Below the pieces are notes generated by a model that saw only the letters and a program-made list of their open reading frames with translations, was not told the DNA's origin and searched no databases. From positions 1-29,420 of the forward strand of contig CAYNGE010000001.1 of NCBI GenBank assembly GCA_964396865.1: 29,420 nucleotides of DNA. Direction: 5' to 3'. Source of the stretch: an uncultured Planctomycetales bacterium (GTDB taxonomy: Bacteria; Omnitrophota; Gorgyraeia; Zapsychrales; Fredricksoniimonadaceae). The translations under genes were made by a program, and so were the position numbers. Shown here one piece after another: positions 12,201 through 24,200 of the stretch (positions are counted from its first letter, which is position 1; every line of letters starts with the position of its first letter).

Positions 12201-15200
12201 CCAAATCGCTGGTGGCAATGATGATCTTGCTTTCTTTCCAAATTTTTTCTCGCTCTTTACGCGAATGTTCCCTGGCCATAAGAGCAACAGGGACTCCTCC
12301 TGATGCCCCTTTTCTGCCCGGGCCGAGTAACCGGTTGAACAATTTATAATGTTGTCTGACCAATGGATTTGAGGGGGCCACAAACACGATCTTCTTATCA
12401 AAGCTGCTTTGAATATCTCCACGGGTCTGTAAAAGATACGCCGCCATAAGCACCGCAATCCCTGTCTTGCCTAAAGAAGTTTGTAAAAATACCGCTGAAT
12501 TTCTTAGCGTGCTTTGGGCTGCCGCCAACACTTGATACGCCCTAAATTCAAAATAAGCATTCAGCTGCCTGCCTTTTACGGAATCGATCATAAAATGATG
12601 GCCGAGTTCCGGATCCTCGAAATGTTTGATGGCTAACCCTAAATGCTTGATTACGGCTTGAACATTCGGATCGTTTTGCATCTCCGTTTCAAGCTGCCCG
12701 CGCGCTTGTATGACCTTTGCATCCAATGTTCCCTGTTTTATTTTTAATCGTTCCTTTTTAAGCTGATTTTGCATCTTCTTCATCCAGTAAGATTTTTTAG
12801 CTAAGGCCCACGGAAACATTTCTTCTTGGGGGGGCTTATTCTCTGATTGCTGCAATTCTGGTTTTCTCCCTCCCACTAAGTAATGTTCGGGAATATCTGT
12901 TGTATTAGTCAGAATAAAATCAGCTGGAATGGCATCTATATGTTGGGCATTAAAATGATCGGGTTCGTTGCCTTGAGGATAGGCAATGTGGATCAATTGA
13001 TCCTGGCCTAGTTTAAGGATATATTCATCGGCATCCCTTCTCTTATATAGCAGCATCTGCGTACCGAATTGAGCTAACTTGGGCTGTAGTCGTATTAAAG
13101 CCTGTTTTAAGACAAGCAATTTGCCCTGCGCCTTATCCCCATCAAGCCAGCCACAAACAGTTTCAATATCTACATTAACTAACGGGACCACCTCTCTAAT
13201 CAAGCAATTGTCCTTTTTGCCTACCTGGACACTTGGATTGCTTAAAAGGGCTAATCGCTCAAGGAATTTTTTCGGGTTATTATTGAACGGCTCCAATCTC
13301 TTTTTGGTCTCAAGAGATTCTTCCGTGTTCAAAAGATCAAGCCCACGCAAAACAGGATAGCTGGCCATCCCAAACTGATCCCAGCGGCTTAGTTTATTGA
13401 CCATCACCCTCTTCTCGTTAAAATATTTATTAACAGCAACGATAAACCCTTGTGTGTCGAATTTATGAGAATCCGGCAACCCCGCTTGAAATTGTTCTAT
13501 CTCTTTTTCTTTTCTGGCTTGCGTCACATAATATTCGGAAAGTCTTCCAACGGTCTGGTCAAATTCTGTTTGAACCCTTGTCTCAAAATTCGTTCGCTCT
13601 GCTTCAGTTAGCGCTAACTTTTGGGCGATGGCCTGTAACTCCTCAGTCAATTGCTTTGCAACCGAGACTCTCGCAACGACAGTAACATCCCCCGGCTCTT
13701 CTTCTTTCTCCTGAATAGCTTCAATTTCTTTCGCGATCCAATCATTGATTTTAGCTGCCACGTCCTTGAACTGTTGATCAATGGCCCCTTGTCTCGCTTT
13801 GCGCTCCTGCTCAAGAATTAATTGCTTTTCTCTATCGCCCAATCTCAACTGCAGATTCCGTTTCATCGCGTCAAAAACAGAATTTCCTTCACCGGCCGTA
13901 AAGCGCACCGTCTCGGTGGCGGCAACTCTCGACTCATGACATTGATATTCACGATCTTGATGGGCGGCGATACGGGCTTGGCGATTCTTTAAATCTCCGT
14001 TGTCGGGATATTGCGTATGCAGGGCTGTAATAAACGCACGGACGGTTCCCTGTTCGTTCTGGGGATGGTCCTGAATAAACGCCTCAAGAAGAGCAGCATA
14101 TTTCGCCGGGGATAAGTTCCAAAAAGCGTTCTCCTCATCTTCGGCCGCCTTCATAGCCACCGCAAGCGCGCGTTCAAACTTGCCAGCCAGAAGCAGCTTC
14201 TCATACTTTTTCCTCGCCGTCTTGCGCATAGCGGGCGCATCCCTTGATGCTTGCAGAAGCCTGCGCAAATCATCAGATTGCAACTCGCCGCCCTTCACCA
14301 CAATTTCAGACCCCGGCACAGGCAGAAACGGCGTAAAGCTTTCATGGCCAGCCCAATCGAGAGAGTGTTTAACAACGCAGCGCGCCTGCGTGAAACGAAG
14401 GACATCCCAAACTTCCTTCGTCGGTCCCAAACGATTGCGACTTTCCAACGAAAGAGCCAACGCCCTGCCGATAAGGCTGGGCTTGTACGGTTCGTAGCGG
14501 CACTGATCCATCGCCTCCAGATTATCACCGACAATTTCTTCTGCTAGCGCCTTATCCGGCGCCATGCCCGTGTATCCCTGCACGATATAGACATTCTCCT
14601 TACCAAATAGGCTTATCGCCAACTCACAGACATTCGCCAAATGTTTGACATACGTCAAACGGCCTAATTGTCTGTACCAGGCGCTCTCCGCTGTGATATG
14701 AATCCGTATGCTCCGTTTTAAATTGCGTTCCCTGCTAAGCCGGGCGGTCATCGTCATCGCCTCCTCACCGATAGATCCCTTCTCAAAGCCGGACGTGCTA
14801 AACACATCCCCTATTAATGTTTCCATCGCGAACCCATGATCGTGCCAAGCCTCGACGACATGTCCATAATGTTTGTTAAATAATGGATCATGGTAATCCT
14901 TAAGGGGGTCCCCTGCGAACCAACTAAACGCCATGGTAAAACTAGTCTCAACAGGCCCGCTAAGGTCCTCCTTTCTGTAAAAAGCCGCCATTTCGTCCAT
15001 TAGTTCGACGATCCACGGCCACGGCATGGAGCTCGTGCGCATGGAGCACGGGCGGCAGCAATAATCGCAATGGGTCGAACATCCTTCCGTTATGTCGACG
15101 AAGGCCTCATGCTTCATCCAGGCCAAAGATAACGCTTCTTTGGGATCCATGCGCTCGAAATACTTTTCAAACCATGCCGCCTGCGGGTTCTTGAGCGCAG

Positions 15201-18200
15201 TAACGAACGCGGCAATCTCCTGCGAGTCCACCGGTGAGGACAAAACCGCATCGAGCGCCTTGACGAACTCGCGCCCCGCGGCGGATAACGGCGCCGGATA
15301 CTTCGCAAGAATCATCCGCCGTTCCTTCAGGAATTCCAATGCTGCATCCAAACCCCGGGACGACCGATCCTGAAAAGATCTTACGCTTGATCCAATCCGG
15401 AGCGCATTTAATTTGTGAGCCCATGCTCTCCGACATTCTTGCGTATTTACTTGAGCTACCATGTCAAGGGGATTGAACGCAAATACAGGCCCCCCAAGAC
15501 ATTTATAATTGGACCATGATCTCATGGAAAAATACCCAAAAGTCTGCGGATCGTAATTAACGGCATAAAGCATTCTCACATCGTATAAATTAAATAAATA
15601 TAACATCAGCAATGTCCCAATCTGCCTTTTTTGGAAATTGCGATCCACATGGATCATAAATACCATTAAACTCCGCCGTCCCTTATAACGCACAACTTTA
15701 TAATCGATTTGAGCAATCACCGCCTTCGTTTTTTCCTCATTGATCACGATCCTATTCTTAAAAAATAACACCCTCTGACCATTTAAAGAAACCCGTGCTC
15801 CCACTCTATTTGAGATCAAATCCAAGAAGGCCTCTCTTAAATGTTCGGCTTGCCCGTCCTTCTTAATAGCGCACCTTGAGGGACGAATATGGTTCCATAG
15901 CCGATACATAAATATCTTCACATATTTAAAAACCTCGCCGGCAAAATCTACTATTAATCCGGCAAGAATACCACCAGCGTGACCAAAATTGCCTATCGGA
16001 ATAAACAATCCTAACAAAATCATCCAGACAAAATTAGTCCACAACAATTTTTGGCCTTTCAATTCTATATAAGGATAAGGGATGACCATAAATTTCTCAT
16101 AAGGAAAATATCGGGAAAAAGCTGCCATCAAGGCAAAGATCCCTGCTGAAGAGCCCACACAGCTCATATTACTGTATGTGAATAAAAGCCTGTTCCCTGC
16201 TTGGGAAGAAGCGGCTATCATGACCGGCAAAGTCCCTTCTGCTATACCTCCCAAAACAATGCCTAAAAAGAAAATCTTTAAGAATGCTCCCCGTCCTTTT
16301 TTCTTCTCAATGTCTTTACCAAAGACGTAAATGACCGCCCCGTTGACAAACAAATGAAATAACGACCCATGAAGAAATCCGTAAGTAAACAACGTCCAAA
16401 GATGTCCTCTTATTGAGTTATCCAGAGAAAGCCCAAACCAAGAAATCATGGGAGGGCCAATGATTAATTGTGCGAGATATACTCCTAAGATGGTAATCAT
16501 CACGGCATTGACACCAGGCCGCCATTGACCCGACGAACGCTTTTGCTCTTTGACTTCCTTCCAGAAGAAATAGCTAATAAGCATCGTAATCATTGCCCCT
16601 TGTGTATACGGCGCGACCGAATAAAACATATTATGATTGATAAAAAACAGAGCTAATTGAAACAGTAAAACTAGCGATACTCCCAAACAGACGGCCAGTC
16701 TCGGGATTGCGCCTTCAGGGATATCCTTGGATGAGCAAACCTCTTTGGTAATTGCTAAAATAGCATCAATCTTTCTTTTAATGAACTTTCCCCAACCTAG
16801 TTGATAGGCAATGGCGACACCAATAATGGCCAATCCCAACACAACGACAAAAGGCGACTGTGTCAATGATCCAAAGGACATCATGACCGTTCCAAAGGCC
16901 ATTTGAACTCCCGAATATCTTGCGCTTGAACCAATCGGCATGGCGGGAGCCGTATCTGAAAAATCTTTTATTTTTTGTAGTGGAATATGCGCCGCAATAA
17001 TGTGCCCGCCCAACGCTAATCCTTCCTCATATATATCATTACGCCAACCCAATTCTATAGACGGTTTGATGCGCCAATAATCAAGTTGTTCAAAAAGGTT
17101 ACTGATCCCGAAATTGTGCCCTCCGACATTGGTTGCTGATTTTGGAGCTTTAGGCCCTCTCCAAGGATGATGATCAGCATTAAACCATTTTCGTTTAGTT
17201 AGATGTTCTGGCAACGGGTGTTTTCCCTCTCCCCATATTTCAAAACGTAGGCCAGGGCAAGGCCTATCATGAACAAAAATTCGAATGACGGGCGAGTACC
17301 CGTCTCTGGCCTCATGCTGAATGATATTTTCCATAATAAGGCTCAACACTAATAACAAAGATTGGTCGGGATCTTTAACAATATCTTTGATATCAAACCC
17401 TTCTTTCGTTGCTGCAGAAATAATGATATTAAACAATTCCATATCCAAAAATCCCCTATTAGCATTAGCTCCTTCAACAAAGGTCTCCCCTCTTAAGGTG
17501 TACCTGCTAAGCACGATAAAAGGGACTTGGTTATTCCATACGGCTGATCGTTGTCTTAAAAATGCTTCATTAAAACTATACGGCTTCGGAAAGACCATCT
17601 TCCCGACAGCCATGCCGAGAACGAATAAAGGAAGGGCGCCAAAAATATCAACTAACATTTCCGGCCCTGTACGGATAAAGTTTGCGACGAGTTCATGAGC
17701 GCTGATAAGAAATGTCTGCACGCCGGGCCAATAATGGCCAAGCACCGTAATGGCAAACCCGCAGAACGCGACAGATGCCGCATCCTGAGAATCATTCCTG
17801 GCAGCTTTCGCAAGCGCCGGCATTTGCGTTGCATGATCTATGCTCGCTGCCGACGGATTGACCTCTGCGCGAAGCCGGGCATCAGGATGCTGTTTAAGAA
17901 AAGCCAGCGCTTGTTGCGCTGATCCCATCTCATCGTCATCCAGCGCCACTTTGCTAAAGATCCTCTCCCGCACGCACGCAAAAAAGAACCCAATAGAGAT
18001 CTCATCGGACCGGACTTCCCAAAGAATAGTACTTTTACGGGCCAGCCCAACCACCCGATGCATCAACGCCAAACCTATGCCGCTATGAGTATCGGCACCA
18101 CGATAGATACGTAACGCCACTTCCGCCTCTCTTTGATTCCCTTCCGCTACGCGGGGATTGAAATACATCTCCCCGATGGCCTGCTGTTGACGGGCAACAA

Positions 18201-21200
18201 TATAATGGTGCGGCTGGATCTCAAGTAAGCTCAAATCAGGTTTTAAAGGCACCGCCAGCACGCGCAACTCTTTTGATTCGCAAGTGCCTATTGAGACGGC
18301 GTATACCCAAAACATCTGCTTAAGCCTTTCAAGTGAACGTTCGGTCGGAGAGCGTTCAAACAAATGCTGGGTAAAATGAGGCACTTGATGATTAAAAAGA
18401 CAAAGACAAATGAGCTTAGCCATGATCTCCGAGACCCCGTTGAGTTGTTTCTCCGTAAGGGGCTCAACGCTCTCGAGAAATCCCCCTACCCCGTGGGCAA
18501 AGGGCACGATCAAAGCAGGCATCTGGGTACAGATATCGACGATCATATCGGTCAGTTTATGGTTGATCTCGCAAGGAGGATAATTCACATCATGGGCACG
18601 TAAAACAAGGACATCGACTAACCGTGCCAAGGCCGGCGCTTCGGCGCTCTCATCCATGCGAAGGATCCTATTTTTAATTTCATCATATTTATACGCATCA
18701 ATAAGCCCATTGAGTTCTTGATCTGTCATAGCCAGGGGCTTCTCTGGCAACTCCATTACTTTACGTGCCAATAGAACTGACTTGAGCGCATTTTCTTCTT
18801 GGCCCATGAGATTTACATTTTCAAAACGTAACACTTCATTTAAGTGAGGGTTGTTAAGAAGGTTTACGGGAATAATGACTTGTTTATCGAGGACGCAAGA
18901 AATAAGGAAGGAACCTTCTGACTCAAACCAAAGATACGGCGGGGCACGGTCAGATATGCTTACATTAGGAATAAAAATACGCACGGCCTCACTCTCAAGA
19001 AGAGGCTGATTAATAGGCAGAAGAGCTTGGACCATTCTATTTTTTATTTCCGGTGATATATCACGGAAACGCACCAATTCTCCGCCCTTTAAAACTTTAC
19101 GGGTATGTTGTTCTGCTTTTGGGCTCATTTTATTATTCTCAACCGTTCCCACACCACAGGACTTTGGCGCACTGCCTGCGGTCCCAGGATCTGAAATCTT
19201 CGCGATATCCACCCGGTACATCGGCTGATACATGGGAGGAGCCGGCCGCTTGTGAAGACGGCCAACCTCAATATAAGCGGCCAAAAGCTGGATCCTAAAC
19301 GGAACAAGAAACGGGAATGGATCTCGAGGATACCTGTTGACCATAATTAAAGACGAATTATTTCTGTCATACGTATATTGCTGCACCTGTGTCCTTGAAT
19401 TCAACGCGTCAAACAAAATCTTTGGACCATGGTCCCCAGATGCCGTGAGGTCCTTTAGCCAAACCCGATTAATACTGTGAATGAACGCCTGCCCATTTTT
19501 CCTGAGCGCCCTTTTGATCTCACGAACAAGCCCAAGCTGGTCTTGGATATATTCGCTCGTGGCTGCAGGAACCAATACCATATCAAAACTCTGATCCTTG
19601 TATAAACCAAGCCCTTGGTCTACATCGTGGATAGTCAATCCTTTCTCAAATGAATACTGAAATTTTTTGATTTCATTGATGGACGGCAGCCGGCCGCTCT
19701 TCCAAATCTTATAGCGTTCCTTCAAGGTCTCTCGATATTGACGGGCACCGACCCTGATCGTTTCCTTATTAATATAGGTAAGACGAATCCTCTGCCCGCC
19801 AAGGAGCTTGCGGATCGTGCGGACAATCTCGCCGGCACCAGCGCCAATGATCAAGATGTCCGCCCTGCCCTTCTGATCCAAAAGTGCTTTGATCGACCGG
19901 CTGATCTGACCATTAAAATGGTCGTCCTCCATTAGAAAATCCCGCATTACGTTGCCTTCAGCTTGATAAGGATTTTGACATGGCAGTGCCAGATCAACTG
20001 TTCTTGCGGCTTGATATAGAGAAAGGCCGGCATCACAAATAAGTTTCTTGAACGCCGCTCTCATGGCTCTGGCCCGCGGACAAGATTGGGGGTCCGGAAA
20101 ATAAGCCATATGAACATCCAGATTTTCCAGATGTCCATTGACTCTGACGAGTTTATTGAGCAATGCTCTGGCGCTGCGAGCCTCCTGCAGGCCATTGAGG
20201 AGGGCCAGAATTTCTCGAATAGCCACAAGGTTTGTTTTGATCCTATTCTTTTCAAACTCTACCCGCGAAATCGGTGCGTATGCCTTTATTCCCTCAACTA
20301 CTTGGGCTAAATTTTCCCGAACAGAATGAACATCGCCCTTGATCTTTATAAGAAGTTCTGCAATCTGCAAAGGAGCGCCCTCAATGCCCGCCATGGCTTT
20401 GATTTTTCCTATTACAGCCGGAATATCTTTTATAAGCAAATCTACCGGCAGATCCGTATGATAACGACCATTCCACTTATCCATGAGTGTTTCAATATCC
20501 TGCGAAGCATCAGCCGCTCTAAGATCGGCCAGAAGCTCTTCGGCAAGCACCTTGGCCTCGGTTATTTTCTTCTCTTGAATAAGGCGTCTTATCCCGTCTA
20601 TCGCCAGATGGATCGAGGTCGCACCCGCACCCGTATAGCTTGGTAATTGATTGGCTCTAAATTCTATTTCATTTTCAGCATAGGCGGATCTCAGCGGTTC
20701 CTGAGTTTGCAATAGCGAGGTCAAAACACCGCCATATTCGATGACTTGATCGATGAGCTCGCATGCGCCATCTATATGTTTCTGACCAAGCTGCAGGATA
20801 CGCGGATTCTCGCCATAAATCGACGCTGATGGCCTTCCTAGATTTATTGATACCGCTTCCGGGAATTCGACCAATAATCTACGGCCGTTGTGAAAACTAC
20901 CCGCGGAGTCCTCCAGGACCATCGCCTCCTGAATTTTAATTTCAGGGCAGGCGGCCAGCAAGCTGCGCACCGCACCGGCCTTGTCTGATTTAACGATCTT
21001 GACGCTTGACCTTCCGGCTTTATAAATAAAGTATGGCAATTTCTCTTCACTTAACTTACTTCGCAGGATGCGAACGAATTCATCCTGATCGGCGATATTC
21101 GTTAGATCAATCCGCGTAGAAGGAGAGATCCTCTCCGGCCTTGTATCGTTTTCAAATTGGCCTTCAAAGAGCCCATTGAGAATATCCGCGATACGGCCTC

Positions 21201-24200
21201 TTTCTTTTGCGGTGAAAGTATTATGTTCATTGTAATCGGTAAAATACCACTTGGCGCCATCAGGAAGAAAAGTATAGCCAAAGCTGCCACCGGCACAAAA
21301 GACAAAAATCCTGTTCAAATAAGACCTAACCTCCGGTTCGCTTAATAGTGGTTGTAAACGTTTGTCGAGAAATGGTTCAATTTCATCAGTCACTAATACG
21401 AGCGGCGTATCCAGCTTGAGTAATTTCACTAACCGTCCAACAATCTTGGGTTCAATATCAACCTGGCCCTTTGCCATTGCTAACACGCCATCCAAGTCGC
21501 TTACGAGTGCCTTGACTTTGCGCAAAGTCTCCAGTGAAATCGGCTGCCTGCGCTTGATCTCAGGTAAACCAAATTGTGCGCGGAATTCTATATACTTGTT
21601 TCGCACGGCCTGGATATAGGCATGATTAAGCCTTACGCCATGTATTGGGCTGTACGCGAGGAAAAAGCGTTTAAAGTTATTTTTATCATCATAATTTGCG
21701 GCATGATGTTGGCCATTAATAAACCCATTCCTTACATCATCCGGGATCGCGGCATCTTCTATCGCTGATTCAATAAAAATAACCGCCGGCCCTGTAAGCG
21801 AGGCGATATCTATCTTTTTAGCTTTGGAGATAGGGCCTTTCTGATCACGAAGCCACAATTGGTTATTACCCGGATACCAGAAGTGCAAGGAGTAACCCTG
21901 TCTTGGCCCCTGCATAGGCGACATAAGGTTTTTATATTGTTCGAACATTGTATTATATTCACCGTCATGCAGAAGTTCTTGCAAACGTTCATCGCTACAT
22001 TGAAATTGTGCGGCAGAAAGCCTGGTTTCGCCTATCAAAAGATGGCTTAAGAGGATCGCTGCGCCGTTTCGATAGCCTTGATATGCGTCTGGAATATGGG
22101 CTGAAGTACGGCCGGGATCATCAACCGATGTCGTACCGTCAACCACCACAATGAACGGCTGGACCTTCAATAGATATTTTATCTGGGATTCAGTAAATAA
22201 ATGCGGATTGATCACTAAAGGATTATTATGTGATTCGGTAGAGCCCACTTTAGTGCTCCAGACGGGTATCTTGGTGCCGATCATATAAGTTTCCCCGCCT
22301 TCTTCTTCAGTAATAGGCGCAAGCGCAACGCCTCCATAGCTTAAATTTTGAATAACTACCAATGGCCGACCGAGTGCTCCGGCCTTAACTTCAATCTCTA
22401 CGATCTTCTCCCGCACCAGATGCGCCTCGTATACTAAACCCGCAATTTCACAGAGTTCCTGTTGGTCAAGTCCCAACTGATCGTTCGGCAGCCCAAGTCT
22501 CGCCTTTGTGAAAAATTCAACAAAATCCTCATATTCATAGAACCTGGTGTGAACCAAAGAACGCTTTAGTTCATTACGCAATATTAGATAGTTAAGGTCC
22601 GTATATACGGGATTGCCCTCTTCAAAATATCCCTGCCTGACCTTTTCGAACTCCCTCTTTAATTCCGCAAGCGATAATGAAGATTTGACTAAGTTCGGTA
22701 ATGCGTCAAGGCCGTCTTCTCTGGCATTTAATAACATTTGATGGCGCGGCAAAAATTCCGTCCATCTTTGACCGTAGGTAATTTTGAGTTTATTAATAAA
22801 AGCGTCTATGGTCCTGAAGTTTTCCGGCGTAACTGTGCCTAATTCCAAACGTATGATATCCTGCAGGCATGAACTATATTGACCGGTCTCCGGGCCCGGG
22901 AAAGCCTCTGCCATATTTTCAAACAACACTAAGCTGGTAAAGACCTCCTTGACATTTCGATTGAAAAGTTTGGTTAAAAATACTATGATCGGCCACTTCT
23001 TGCGGAATTCCTGAGGCGTGAGGAACCGTTTAAGGTGTGCTATGTTGACCTGAACAAGCTCAACTGCATCCACTCCGTGAGTACTGCACAGATCGAATAT
23101 ATCATCCTGATAGATCTTTAATTCATCGGCTGAAAAAAGCCGCTGCAGCCCGCAGCAAAAGGCCTCATAGCGGGTCCTTGACATATGACTTTTAAGGCGG
23201 TGGAGTTTTCCATTATGAATAATGTCTTTAACGCTTTCCACGGGCGGCGTTCGGGACGCCAAAAGCATTTTGGATCTTTTGGCTTTGGATATTCTAAACC
23301 GTTTCCACATATGCCAAAGCTCAATGCCAAGCACAATAAGTGCTACAGTAAAGAGGTCGGCGCCAAAGGAATATAAGACCTGTTTTTGTCCATCTTGTCC
23401 CCCATTTAAATCTTTTCCTGGCCGCGTGATAGTGTTCTTGTTTTGCCAAGTGGCGCTGTCCCCTGTGTTTGTTTTTTCTAAGGTGCGCAAAATATGGATC
23501 GGATATAAGAATGACCCCACATGGCCGACATCAATGTGCTCAATGTTAAGATCCTTCCTTAATTCAACCATCATCCGCATCTCCTGCGGCATTTCATAGC
23601 CGTCAAAAAGAACAACGCCTCTCTTCTTCTTGACAACCCTCAGTACTTCTTTGGTAATCTCAAATACCTCGCCCTTCAGCATAGAAAACATGCCCAGACC
23701 TACAGACACTACCTTATCAACGCTGTTGTCCGGAAGCGCTATGCCTTGGTGTGAAAATCTGGCGTCCGCCATCATCAGTTTAATATTAGGAATCGGGGCC
23801 GTCTCTTTTTCAATAGCGGCAAGTGTTACTAAGGCCTCTCTCAAGTTAAACGGGTTTGCATCAAGCGCAAAAAACTTTGTACCAGGATGACGCCTAGCCA
23901 TAAATATAGCCTCACGCCCCAATCCAGCCAGTATATGTAAAACGGTCTCGTTTTCTTTATAATTCAGAAGGCGGTCGAATTCATCAGCGTGGCGAATAAA
24001 TGAATCCGCCACTGCAGGGTTATCCCAAAAATAACCCGGGTCATTCTGTTCACTTTCAATAAGCATTCTGTTCCTGCCGGCTCCGTCTCTTCCCATATTC
24101 TTGTCAAACATGTACACGTATTTGAAGAAGACTTTTTGGAGTCGATCTTCATTGACATCCAACAATATGAGAAAATTTACAACAGCCCTTACATCCGTAA

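Noticed and set aside
20581-20640. YTGAGATSIHLAIDGIRR as a YvcK/CofD or Rossmann glycine loop
   Set aside because: There is no preceding hydrophobic strand and the following sequence is all-helical, with no further family motifs.
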